DNA from: Clostridia bacterium
Lineage (GTDB): Bacteria; Bacillota; Clostridia; Monoglobales; Firm-18
Assembly (NCBI GenBank): GCA_045541135.1
Contig: JAZQIO010000006.1
Coordinates: 11,512-75,511, forward strand
DNA length: 64,000 bases
Direction of reading: 5' to 3'
The notes under the pieces are model-generated. The model saw only the letters and a program-made list of their open reading frames with translations. It was not told the DNA's origin and ran no database searches. Positions 17,604-27,084 of the stretch are shown in pieces. Numbering within the stretch: position 1 is the stretch's first letter; the number at the start of each line of letters is the position of its first letter. Both the position numbers and the translations under genes were made by a program.

Positions 17604-17721
17604 ATAAGTCACCTCCAAAAATGCCCTTTTCATTAGTAATACAATTCAAAAGGGCAAAATGTTGTACTTTTCCAAAAATATTTTATCATATATAAAAGTA
17701 ATTGGCAATATAACAGTAAAA

Positions 17722-17768
17722 ATTGGAAAAGGGGGTGTCGCAAAATTAAATTATTTTGCGACACCCCT
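17722..17768 (-). terminator. Rho-independent terminator of the Cys-rich protein gene
   Basis: Minus strand: GGGGTGTCGCAAAAT...ATTTTGCGACACCCC long stem followed by a T-rich tract. Confidence 0.65.
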
Positions 17769-17776
17769 TGTATATG

Positions 17777-18580
17777 CTATTTACAACAACAATCGTTATC
17801 TTCAAATTCACCACGCTGTGGTGGGAAGAATTCGTCCATAGGGAATTTCAATGAGTTAAACAATTCACACGGATTCTGTTCTGTTGCGGCAGGGCATTCC
17901 TTTGTTGGAATACAAAAATCTATTGCCGGAATCAAAAGCTGAACATTACGTTCAATTTTGACAATTGTAAATATACCTAAAGTTACCAAAATTTTACGTT
18001 CGTTTGAAGGAACAACCAGTTCTTGATTAAAGCAACCGCAAATCGAATCAGGAATACTTGAAACATCACAGCAGCAACAACAGCACTTATCATTGGAATC
18101 AACAATTCTTGCCGACAAGGCTATTGGCTGAACAACCTCTACTACTGCTTTTGGAAGATTGTTTTTCTTCCACATTACAGGCATCTGATTACCCGGATTA
18201 TATGCTGAAGAAAAAGCTTTTGAATTACCCTCAGAGCCAAAAAGAATAACCTTTTTATCATAAGTTGCAAGACCTTCAACCTGTGTAGGCTGACCAATGC
18301 CGCGGAATACATCCAAAACAACTTTGAAAAAATATTTTATATCCACTGTAAAAAAGCCTTTGTTAAACGGAACGGGTTCTAAATCCGTAAATACCCATAT
18401 TACTTCTGCACTTTTAACTTTTACGTTAATTGCCTGGTCTACAATACACTGCCCCTCTGCGGTTAATATAACCTGCAAATCTTCAAGACAATCTTTTTCT
18501 CTGCAGGAATCATACACCTGATCTGTATGAATACATACACCATCTTTAAAATCGCAGTTAGGTCTTTGAACATCATTCAT
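17777..18580 (-). CDS. Cysteine-rich hypothetical protein (19 Cys; CCCCCC run; C-terminal CCCK)
   Basis: 267-aa ORF with GGGAGGT SD and its own terminator. No TM or signal peptide is evident. I do not recognise the family. Confidence 0.6.
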   Translation of the reverse strand: MNDVQRPNCDFKDGVCIHTDQVYDSCREKDCLEDLQVILTAEGQCIVDQAINVKVKSAEVIWVFTDLEPVPFNKGFFTVDIKYFFKVVLDVFRGIGQPTQVEGLATYDKKVILFGSEGNSKAFSSAYNPGNQMPVMWKKNNLPKAVVEVVQPIALSARIVDSNDKCCCCCCDVSSIPDSICGCFNQELVVPSNERKILVTLGIFTIVKIERNVQLLIPAIDFCIPTKECPAATEQNPCELFNSLKFPMDEFFPPQRGEFEDNDCCCK

Positions 18581-18678
18581 AAAACATTAACCTCCCATAT
18601 AAGTATTGAACTTTAATTTTTAGGCTCAATACATAATATGAAAAAAAAAGAAAATTGCCACAATGATATTAAAACACA

Positions 18679-18708
18679 GCAAAAACCGCTGATATAAACT
18701 ATCAGCGG
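18679..18708 (-). terminator. Rho-independent terminator of rpmB
   Basis: CCGCTGATA / TATCAGCGG 9-bp stem followed by TTTTT on the minus strand. Confidence 0.65.
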
Positions 18709-18742
18709 TAATATGTGTCAGTATTAATATTTAACATCAATA

Positions 18743-18976
18743 TTATTCAGCAGCAACTATTGCCTCTGCTGCAACAGGAGCAGCACTACCGTAGTTACGT
18801 TCTACCTTACCTGAACGCAAGCAACGTGTACATACGTAAACTTTCTTGTGCTCGCCATTAACGATGGCTCTAACTCTTTTGATGTTTGGCTTCCACATTC
18901 TATTGCTTCTTCTGTGTGAATGGCTGACTTTTATACCAAAAGCAACGCCTTTACCACATACTTCACACTTTGCCAT
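18743..18976 (-). CDS. rpmB: 50S ribosomal protein L28 (Zn-ribbon C+ form, Ala-rich C-terminal tail)
   Basis: MAKCEVCGKG...VYVCTRCLRSGKVER. AAGGAGGTG SD 6 nt before ATG 18976; the ORF opens at 18985. Confidence 0.9.
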   Translation of the reverse strand: MAKCEVCGKGVAFGIKVSHSHRRSNRMWKPNIKRVRAIVNGEHKKVYVCTRCLRSGKVERNYGSAAPVAAEAIVAAE

Positions 18977-19046
18977 GCTTCGCACCTCCTTATATAATCA
19001 CAAAACAATCAACACAAATTTTTATAAATTTTATACAGCGTCTTAT

Positions 19047-19075
19047 ATTATACCAAATTTTTTTCAACAATGCAA
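19047..19075 (-). promoter_or_regulatory. Candidate sigma-A promoter for rpmB
   Basis: Minus strand: TTGCAT, 17 nt, TATAAT. Confidence 0.55.
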
Positions 19076-19080
19076 GTACT

Positions 19081-19617
19081 TTATTGAATTTTTTTTGCGC
19101 GAATTGAAAAAAATTTGAAAACATACGAAATAAATGCTACCAGACATACTAAAACTATTATAATAGCAATAATATATTTCACATTTTCACTGAGGAATTG
19201 TCCAAACAATGTTAAAAGAACAACTGCAACATAAAAAACCAAGGTAGCAAACTTACCAAATAAATTTGATGGAATCATACCATCTTTTTTCTGATAAAGC
19301 ATTATTCCGCCTATAAGCAGGAATAAATCCTTCAAGAACAAGAATGCTGCCAAAAACCACATTACAGCATAACCCTTTACAGCAAGACAAATTACTGCTA
19401 TAAGTTGAGTAAACTTATCTGCCAACGGGTCTAATATTTTTCCCAAGTTTGTTTTCATATTAAATTTTCTTGCAATGTATCCGTCAAAATAGTCAGTAAT
19501 ACCTGATATAACAAGCAATATTCCCGCTATAAGGAAATTATCTTTTACGACAATATAGTATGTAAAAAAAGGTATTAATACTAATCTGAATATGGATAAT
19601 ATATTTGGAATACTCAA
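19081..19617 (-). CDS. pgsA: CDP-alcohol phosphatidyltransferase (PgsA-like)
   Basis: DYFDGYIARKFNMKTNLGKILDPLAD fits the D-x2-DG-x2-AR...G-x3-D-x3-D motif. Multi-TM protein. Confidence 0.8.
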   Translation of the reverse strand: MSIPNILSIFRLVLIPFFTYYIVVKDNFLIAGILLVISGITDYFDGYIARKFNMKTNLGKILDPLADKFTQLIAVICLAVKGYAVMWFLAAFLFLKDLFLLIGGIMLYQKKDGMIPSNLFGKFATLVFYVAVVLLTLFGQFLSENVKYIIAIIIVLVCLVAFISYVFKFFSIRAKKIQ

Positions 19618-19629
19618 ATCGGCACTTCC

Positions 19630-20604
19630 TTATATTGATAGTATTTTTGAAAGATCGACCAAATCTTCTCTTGTTTTATTTTCCATTGACAAGGCTTCAA
19701 ATATGTCAACATCATAAATTTCACTGTTTTTAACGCCAATTACTCTGTTACCGATACCTTCTTTTAAAAGCTGTACAGCACGTACACCCATTTCACTGGC
19801 ACGTACACGGTCTAAAACAGTAGGGCTTCCTCCTCTTTGCAGATAACCGAGAATAGTTGTTCGTGTTTCAATTCCCGTTTCTTCATGAATTTTCTTTTCA
19901 AGCTCGGTAACATCTGTATTAACACCTTCTGCAAGAATGATTATGAAATGCTTTTTATTTCTGTTTCTGCCCTGTTCAATAGGTTTTATAATATCATTTT
20001 CAAAATCTATTTCTTTTTCAGGTATAAGTATAGCTTCTGCACCGGATGCAATACCAACATTAAGTGCAATATTACCTGAATTTCTGCCCATAACCTTAAT
20101 AATATTACAACGGCTGTGACTGCTGGCAGTGTCTCTTATTTTGTCAACCGCTTCCATAGCAGTATTTATAGCAGTATCAAACCCGATTGTATATTCGGTA
20201 TAAGGAATATCGTTATCAATTGTACCGGGAATGCCAATTGTAGGCAAGCCATTTTCGCACAAATCTTTAGCTCCACGGAAAGATCCGTCACCGCCTATAA
20301 CAACAAGACCATCTATACCAAAGTAACGCGCTTCATTAATTCCGCGTTTTACCCCTTCTATTTCTTTAAATTCTTTACTTCTTGCAGTCTTGAGAATTGT
20401 ACCGCCACGCTGCATTGTTTCCGAAACAAAACGCGCGTCCATTTCAAAAATATCACCATGAAGTAACCCTTCATATCCGTTTTTAATACCCATAACACGG
20501 ATACCGTAATATTTTGAAGCACGTACAACCGCACGTATTGCCGCATTCATACCCGGTGCGTCACCACCACTTGTTAAAACGCCTATACAATGTACCTTAG
20601 ACAT
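19630..20604 (-). CDS. pfkA: ATP-dependent 6-phosphofructokinase
   Basis: IGVLTSGGDAPGMNAAIR, GGDGS, PGTIDND motifs. Start set at ATG 20604 (MSKVH) after GGAGG. Confidence 0.9.
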   Translation of the reverse strand: MSKVHCIGVLTSGGDAPGMNAAIRAVVRASKYYGIRVMGIKNGYEGLLHGDIFEMDARFVSETMQRGGTILKTARSKEFKEIEGVKRGINEARYFGIDGLVVIGGDGSFRGAKDLCENGLPTIGIPGTIDNDIPYTEYTIGFDTAINTAMEAVDKIRDTASSHSRCNIIKVMGRNSGNIALNVGIASGAEAILIPEKEIDFENDIIKPIEQGRNRNKKHFIIILAEGVNTDVTELEKKIHEETGIETRTTILGYLQRGGSPTVLDRVRASEMGVRAVQLLKEGIGNRVIGVKNSEIYDVDIFEALSMENKTREDLVDLSKILSI

Positions 20605-20624
20605 ACAAAAACCTCCAATCCACA

Positions 20625-20807
20625 TTAAAAAGTCAAATCAATCAAAACATTATGCGCCTGTTCAACTTCTGTAGAAGGAACAAGAATATCAAATTTGTTT
20701 TCACTTGCGGCACATATAATTTTCACCAAAATACTTACACCGCGTAACGCATTACTTAAATTATCAATAATTTCTTTATCTTGCGCTGTATATACAACAG
20801 TCCACAT
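20625..20807 (-). CDS. Small hypothetical protein (60 aa)
   Basis: GGCGGAGGT SD precedes ATG 20807 (MWTVVY...). Possibly DUF2007-like; weak recognition. Confidence 0.4.
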   Translation of the reverse strand: MWTVVYTAQDKEIIDNLSNALRGVSILVKIICAASENKFDILVPSTEVEQAHNVLIDLTF

Positions 20808-20930
20808 ATAACCTCCGCCTGGCAGAAAGTAACGCAAATTACTTCCCCTCCAATATAATAGCTTATCTATTTTATTTTACTACAAAATTCAACAAAAATC
20901 AATAGTTATTTTAAGATTAAAGCAAGTATA

Positions 20931-23900
20931 TTATTTTAAAACAATACAGCACTCGTCACCAAGATTCTTTTTAAGGTGTCTTTCAAGGGCAGGTGATGGC
21001 TGTATCCAATATTCCTCACTTGCAGCATAATACTTGTTTTCAGCCTCCATATAGATAAATACCGGAACATTACCTGAATATAATTTAAGCAATTCCTTTA
21101 CTGTTTCCGTCTTTTTTTCTTTGCCTTTTGGTATTTTTATATACGCTTTACTTTTTGATGACATTTTAAGCTCAGCTATATTATCTGCCAGAACTTTCAC
21201 TTTTCCCTCTTCGTCACCATCTACCTTACCGCTTATACAAACCTTGCTTCCCTCTGTAACCAACGTTTCAAAAGCGCTGTATTTATTCGGAAATACGACA
21301 ATCTCCATACTACCGTACAAATCTTCAAGCTGAACAAATGCCATACGCGAATTATTTTTTGTAACCTTAGTATTAACAGAAGTGATAATACCGCAAATTT
21401 TAACAATATCTCCATCCTTTACTTTTCCGCAGTTACTTCCGCCAAAGGAATTTATAATTTCGGCAATGTTATTTGTTGAGATTTTCTCCATAACATCAGC
21501 GTATTCATCCAAAGGATGACCTGACAAATATACTCCCATTGCCTCTTTTTCAAGACGCAGTGTATATTCCTTTGAAAAAGGTTGAATGTTAGGTAAGTCA
21601 TCATTTAATTCTGCCGAACCGAGAAAGGATACCTGTCCTGAAAAATTAGACCTTGCCGAGTCTGATGCTTCATCTACGGTTTTTTCAAATATTGCAAGAT
21701 ACTGGGAGCGTGCACCCTTGCCGACATTATCAAAAGCCCCCGCTTTAATTAAAAATTCCAAAGCTCTTTTGTTTATGCCGTCTTCACTGTTATTTATGCA
21801 GAACTCCTTTAAAGAATTATATCCACCATAACGGTTTTTAATAATATTTGACACAAAATTTCTTCCAACATTTTTTATTGCAGCAAGCCCATATCTTATG
21901 CAGTTTCCTTCCGGTATAAAGTCTGCATAACTTTTATTTACATCCACCGGCAAAATCTTTATTCCCATTTTTGGCAATTGTGCAATATATTCATTAAGCT
22001 TATCTGTATTACCCATTTGCGATGACATTAATGCCGCCATAAATTCAACTTTATGAAATGTTTTCAGGTATGCTGTCTGATAAGCTACTATCGCATACGC
22101 TGCAGCATGAGATTTATTAAAAGCATATTTGCCAAAGTCTGCCATATCATTGAAAATTGATTCTGCAACATCTTCAGGCACACCGTTTTTGACAGCACCG
22201 CAAACTTCACCGTCACCATAAATAAAAGCATTCTTTTCCTTTAAAATAACCTCGGGTTTCTTTTTACCCATAGCTTTTCTGAGCACATCTGCACGACCTA
22301 AAGAATAGCCTGCCATAATCTGCACTATTTGCATAACCTGTTCCTGATACACAATACAACCGTAAGTAGATTCCAAAATAGGTTGCAGCATTGGATGCTT
22401 ATAAGTTATTTTGTTGTGATTATTTTTACTTTCAATATATTTAGGTATAGAATCCGCAGGCCCCGGTCTGTAAAGAGCAATTCCGGCTATGATATCTTCC
22501 ATGCATGATGGCTTAAGCTCACGCATGAAATTCTTCATTCCTGCACTTTCAAGCTGAAATACACCGTCAGTATTACCTGAAGCTATAAGAGCATATACCT
22601 CTTTTTTATTCATATCAATTTTATTGATATCCAGTTCTTCACCCTTACACAATTTTATATTATTTATCGTATTTTTAATAACAGTAAGGTTACGAAGACC
22701 CAAAAAGTCCATTTTAAGCAAACCAAGTTCTTCCAAAGTGGTCATAACATACTGGGTAACAGGCTGTTCATCAGAAAGTGCCAAAGGAACATAATCACTT
22801 ACTTCCCTTCCCGTTATAACAACACCTGCCGCATGTGTGGAGGCATGACGGGGCAAGCCCTCAAGCTCTTTAGCTATGTCAATCATTTCCTTGATCTTAG
22901 GGTTGGAATTGTATTTATCCCGCAGACGCTGATTTTCTTCAAGAGCTTTATTTATAGTTTGTCCCGGTGATGCGGGAATCATTTTTGCAATAACGTCTAC
23001 ATCTGCATACGGAACGCTTATAACTCTGCCAACATCACGTATAACAGATCGTGCAGACAAAGTACCAAAGGTTATAATTTGTGCAACATTTTTATTTCCG
23101 TATTTTTCACGGACGTAGTTTATAACCTCGCCACGTCTTTCAATACAAAAGTCCATATCAATATCCGGCATTGTAATACGTGCAGGATTTAAAAATCTTT
23201 CGAAAATAAGGTTGTATTTTATAGGATCGACGGTAGTTATATCCAGACAATACGAAACAAGACTTCCTGCCGCACTTCCTCTACCGGGACCGACATATAT
23301 ACCGTTTTCTTTGGCATATTTTACAAAATCCCATACAATAAGGAAATAATCAGTAAAGCCCATATCATTTATAACATTGACTTCATATTTTAAACGCTCT
23401 ATGTGCTCATTATAATTTTCATACCGTTTTTTCAAACCGTCAAAGCAGATTCTTTTCAGATAATCAAAATGGTCAACTCCGTTAGGCAATTTGAACTCAG
23501 GCAAATGGTAGTTGCCGAATTCAAGTTCCACATTACATATATCCGCAATCTTAACGGTATTTTCAATTGCTTTGGGAAGTGTTTTGAAAAGCTCTGCCAT
23601 TTCCTCCGATGATTTTAAGTACATCTCATCTGTTTCAAACTTCAGTCTGTCGGTTTCCGATTCCTTTTTACCGGTCTGGATACACATAAGAATATCCTGA
23701 TATCTTGCATCCTTTTTGCTTACATAGTGTACGTCGTTGGTTGCAACTATTTCTACACCATACTCTCTTGCAAAATTCACAAGCTGTGCATTCACCTGCA
23801 TTTCCTCAGGAATACCGTGATTTTGCATTTCGAGAAAAAAGTTTTCTTTACCGAAAATACTTATATATTCACGAACAAGAAGTTTTGCATTTTCAATATC

Positions 23901-24350
23901 ATTACTAAGAATTGCCTGAGGTATTTCACCTGCAATACACGCAGAAAGGCATATTAACCCATCACTGTACCTTCTTAAAGTATTTTTGTCAATTCGAGGT
24001 TTTACATAAAAACCGTCTACATGAGAAATACTTACAAGCTTAACAAGATTTTGGTAGCCCACATTGTTTTTAGCAAGCAAAATTACGTGAAAGCGTTTTG
24101 AGTCATATGAGTATTCTTTTTCATACAAAGTACGCTCGGCAATATACATTTCGCAACCAATAATTGGCTTTATACCCTGCTTTTTTGCTTCCTTGTAAAA
24201 ATCAACCACACCGTACATTACACCGTGGTCCGTAATGGCAAGGGCAGACTGGTTGTGTTTTTTTGCTTCTTCTACAAGCTTTTCAATTCTGCATGCACCG
24301 TCTAAAAGACTATACGCAGTATGTGTATGAAGATGTACAAAATCCGACAT
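20931..24350 (-). CDS. dnaE: DNA polymerase III alpha subunit
   Basis: 1139 aa with PHP domain HLHTHTAYSLLDG, polymerase core and a C-terminal OB fold. Confidence 0.95.
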   Translation of the reverse strand: MSDFVHLHTHTAYSLLDGACRIEKLVEEAKKHNQSALAITDHGVMYGVVDFYKEAKKQGIKPIIGCEMYIAERTLYEKEYSYDSKRFHVILLAKNNVGYQNLVKLVSISHVDGFYVKPRIDKNTLRRYSDGLICLSACIAGEIPQAILSNDIENAKLLVREYISIFGKENFFLEMQNHGIPEEMQVNAQLVNFAREYGVEIVATNDVHYVSKKDARYQDILMCIQTGKKESETDRLKFETDEMYLKSSEEMAELFKTLPKAIENTVKIADICNVELEFGNYHLPEFKLPNGVDHFDYLKRICFDGLKKRYENYNEHIERLKYEVNVINDMGFTDYFLIVWDFVKYAKENGIYVGPGRGSAAGSLVSYCLDITTVDPIKYNLIFERFLNPARITMPDIDMDFCIERRGEVINYVREKYGNKNVAQIITFGTLSARSVIRDVGRVISVPYADVDVIAKMIPASPGQTINKALEENQRLRDKYNSNPKIKEMIDIAKELEGLPRHASTHAAGVVITGREVSDYVPLALSDEQPVTQYVMTTLEELGLLKMDFLGLRNLTVIKNTINNIKLCKGEELDINKIDMNKKEVYALIASGNTDGVFQLESAGMKNFMRELKPSCMEDIIAGIALYRPGPADSIPKYIESKNNHNKITYKHPMLQPILESTYGCIVYQEQVMQIVQIMAGYSLGRADVLRKAMGKKKPEVILKEKNAFIYGDGEVCGAVKNGVPEDVAESIFNDMADFGKYAFNKSHAAAYAIVAYQTAYLKTFHKVEFMAALMSSQMGNTDKLNEYIAQLPKMGIKILPVDVNKSYADFIPEGNCIRYGLAAIKNVGRNFVSNIIKNRYGGYNSLKEFCINNSEDGINKRALEFLIKAGAFDNVGKGARSQYLAIFEKTVDEASDSARSNFSGQVSFLGSAELNDDLPNIQPFSKEYTLRLEKEAMGVYLSGHPLDEYADVMEKISTNNIAEIINSFGGSNCGKVKDGDIVKICGIITSVNTKVTKNNSRMAFVQLEDLYGSMEIVVFPNKYSAFETLVTEGSKVCISGKVDGDEEGKVKVLADNIAELKMSSKSKAYIKIPKGKEKKTETVKELLKLYSGNVPVFIYMEAENKYYAASEEYWIQPSPALERHLKKNLGDECCIVLK

Positions 24351-24368
24351 ACTACCCCTCCTTTTTTA

Positions 24369-25244
24369 TTATTCAAATTCTGCAAGCTGTAAAAGTTTTC
24401 TCATTCTGTGGTTTACACCCGACTTTGATATACCAAGCCTTTCCGCCATTTCCGAAAGTGGCATATCAAGACTTTCCATTCTTAATTTTGCCACCTCTGC
24501 AAGCTCCGGCGAAAGACTTTGCCAACCGTGCTCTAAAACTACTTTTTTTATGGCATTTTGCTGACGCATAGCTGTTTGAAAAACCTTTGTAGCATTTGCC
24601 GCCTCAAAATTTGCTTTTCTGTTTACGGAATTTCTCATATCACGTTCTATAACAACATTAACAAATTCCATCATTTTACTGTATGCACCCATTGAAGCAA
24701 GCAAATTTTCTATCTGTTGGCTTTCCTTTATGTAGAAAACATTATTTCCGTATCTTTTTATAACCTTAGGATATAACTCGAAATATTCAAAAACCTGACG
24801 TAGGTCTTTTTCAAGAGAGTGAAGATTAGAAACAAGCTCCACATGGTATCCTTTTGCAGGGTCTATCATACTTCCTCCACCCAAAAAAGCACCCCTTAAA
24901 ATTGACGATTTACAGCACTCGTTACGTACAATTTCACGGTCTATTCTCATTGGTACACCGGAAAGCTTCATATCCCTTAAAATCTTTATTACGTCAGTTC
25001 CTTCAAGTGTGGCATAATACACTCCGGCATCTGTAACATCTACATTTATTTTGATATTATATAAAAAGTTTATAAGGTCATAAAAACGCTGGGCAACTAT
25101 GGCATTTTCCGTACGAAGTTTAATTTCATTGTTTTTTATCGAAGCACCGTAGCACACCATTCCCACAAGCTCGGCACGGGCACAGCAAACCTCGGTAATA
25201 TCTATATTACAAACTTCTCCCTTTACTTCTGATGCAAAAGACAT
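24369..25244 (-). CDS. whiA: DNA-binding protein WhiA
   Basis: MSFASEVKGE start, LAGLIDADG-like middle region, C-terminal HTH (LSEMAERLGISKSGVNHRMRKL). AGGAGG SD before ATG 25244. Confidence 0.85.
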   Translation of the reverse strand: MSFASEVKGEVCNIDITEVCCARAELVGMVCYGASIKNNEIKLRTENAIVAQRFYDLINFLYNIKINVDVTDAGVYYATLEGTDVIKILRDMKLSGVPMRIDREIVRNECCKSSILRGAFLGGGSMIDPAKGYHVELVSNLHSLEKDLRQVFEYFELYPKVIKRYGNNVFYIKESQQIENLLASMGAYSKMMEFVNVVIERDMRNSVNRKANFEAANATKVFQTAMRQQNAIKKVVLEHGWQSLSPELAEVAKLRMESLDMPLSEMAERLGISKSGVNHRMRKLLQLAEFE

Positions 25245-25300
25245 ATCCACACCTCCTTATAAATTTATATCATTAGCTTGTATAATGTCTTTCTGATGTA

Positions 25301-26581
25301 TTATATATGGCCGCCATCAATCTCTGCAGTATTTTTACCGTGAATCACAACCGTTTTATCCTCAGGAACATATTCATCAGGAAAATGAACCATAACATCT
25401 GCTTTTTCAAGCTTTGACTGCAACGCAGAGATATTTACATCAGCAACATTTGTCTTATCCTCAATTGCCATACAAGCCGTCTTTGCAGCTGCCTGACCTG
25501 TAATAATTGCAGGAGGAATAACACGAAGAAGATCCCATCCATAGCCTACACCGGAAGCACTTCTGCCTGCAGTCAGCATGTTTGGATAATCCTTTCTTGT
25601 TATACATCTTAAAGGAACTTCAAACAAGTGGTCTCTGTGTTCAAAATCATTTATCGCACAAATTGAATCATCAAAATGCTTGTATGCATCTGAAACCTTC
25701 AAGGCATAGTCACCATTAAGTCTGCATGTTGTTCTGAACTGAGGCATGAAGGGAAGATGTGTAATATCACGACTGAATCTGTCTGTCTCCTTTAATTTTT
25801 CAAGTACAAGATGCTGATTTCTTATTAGATAATCTGTAACTTCTTCAACTGTAAGCCCTGACCATTTTGGAACGTCATCAGGCTGATTATCTCCGAACAG
25901 ATTTATACCGCCACCTGAAATACCGGTAAAGGCACGATAAATATTTTTCTCCTTAACAGCCTTTTCACAGGATGCAAGAGTAATCATTTTTGCACTATAT
26001 GTAAAAAAGTTTTCTCCTGTAACAACAGGCACACCTCCACGACGCAAAACATCACAATCTCCCGTTACATCTATGAGCATTTTGCAGGCATAATATTCTG
26101 TACCTGACTTACTTTCCGTAATAACGCCCTTACATACATTACCATCCATAACCGGCTCACAAGCTATGCAGTCAAAAAGAATATCCGCACCTGACTTGGT
26201 TATTTCTTCTGTAAGTTGAAGTGCAAAAATATGGGGAGAAAATCGTTGAATATATCTTATATTCGTAGGCTCTTTCGGCTCTCCATTTTTCCATTCCTCC
26301 GGTATTGTATCGTATCCATATTCTGCACTTAGTCTTGCCCATTTTTCACACAAACCAAAAATTATTTGTTTACCGCGTCCATTACACATTGGAACAAACA
26401 GATTAATTAATCCCAAGGTTGCAAGTCCACCAAGAATATTAGACTTTTCTATAATAAGCACCGAATGTCCATCATTTGCTGCAGTAACTGCAGCAGCAAC
26501 TCCTGCTACACCACCACCGCACACAATAACATCGTACTGTCTTTTTACATTTAATTTTTTTGTAATTGTAATGCTATCCAT
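25301..26581 (-). CDS. FAD-dependent oxidoreductase (FAD_oxidored-type)
   Basis: YDVIVCGGGVAGVAAA dinucleotide-binding motif. AAGGAGAT SD 7 nt before ATG 26581. The ORF runs on upstream to 26956 through a gene remnant. Confidence 0.75.
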   Translation of the reverse strand: MDSITITKKLNVKRQYDVIVCGGGVAGVAAAVTAANDGHSVLIIEKSNILGGLATLGLINLFVPMCNGRGKQIIFGLCEKWARLSAEYGYDTIPEEWKNGEPKEPTNIRYIQRFSPHIFALQLTEEITKSGADILFDCIACEPVMDGNVCKGVITESKSGTEYYACKMLIDVTGDCDVLRRGGVPVVTGENFFTYSAKMITLASCEKAVKEKNIYRAFTGISGGGINLFGDNQPDDVPKWSGLTVEEVTDYLIRNQHLVLEKLKETDRFSRDITHLPFMPQFRTTCRLNGDYALKVSDAYKHFDDSICAINDFEHRDHLFEVPLRCITRKDYPNMLTAGRSASGVGYGWDLLRVIPPAIITGQAAAKTACMAIEDKTNVADVNISALQSKLEKADVMVHFPDEYVPEDKTVVIHGKNTAEIDGGHI

Positions 26582-27003
26582 TGTAAATATCTCCTTTTTG
26601 ATTGATTTATACTTACACTGAACAGAAACATTCAGCTTTTCAGGTGTGGAATCTAAAAAGCCCACAAGTCTTTTTGCCATTGCAAGCTTATACTGTTCAG
26701 GGTCTGTATTGTCCGCAGAAATCTTGACACCCTTTTTCTCCTTTACAGTTTCAATAATGTGTCTTGCTTCTGCAATTTTTTCTTTTTCTACTGTTCTTCT
26801 TACTATTTCATCGCACACATCCGTTTTTGGATGAAGTCCGTCAATTGACAAAATTGCAACCTTTTTTCCGCTTTCTTCAATTACAACAGCTCTTGCATAA
26901 AGGCGGTCAAGTACGCACAGCCTCTGCAAATGCTGAAATATCCAGGAACACCACAACCTAACAGAGTTGTTATTTCTTTTTCATAAAATCCGAATTTAAA
27001 CAT
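26582..27003 (-). pseudogene. Frameshifted/truncated remnant of an upstream gene
   Basis: ATG 27003 gives MFKFGFYEKEITTLLGCGVPGYFSICRGCAYLTAFMQELL*. The sequence continues in another frame as ...VLDRLYARAVVIEESGKKVAILSIDGL..., then runs in-frame into the oxidoreductase. Confidence 0.45.
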
Positions 27004-27084
27004 TAAACTCTTACACTTCAATAAAATATTACAATCTAAATATAACACAAAACAAGTTTAAAATCAACAAAAAAGAAACTCCGT

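Noticed and set aside
25301-26956. Single 551-aa FAD oxidoreductase as suggested by the ORF track.
   Set aside because: The FAD-binding fold starts at residue ~126, preceded by a strong SD. The upstream part is the out-of-frame continuation of a broken gene (see pseudogene call).
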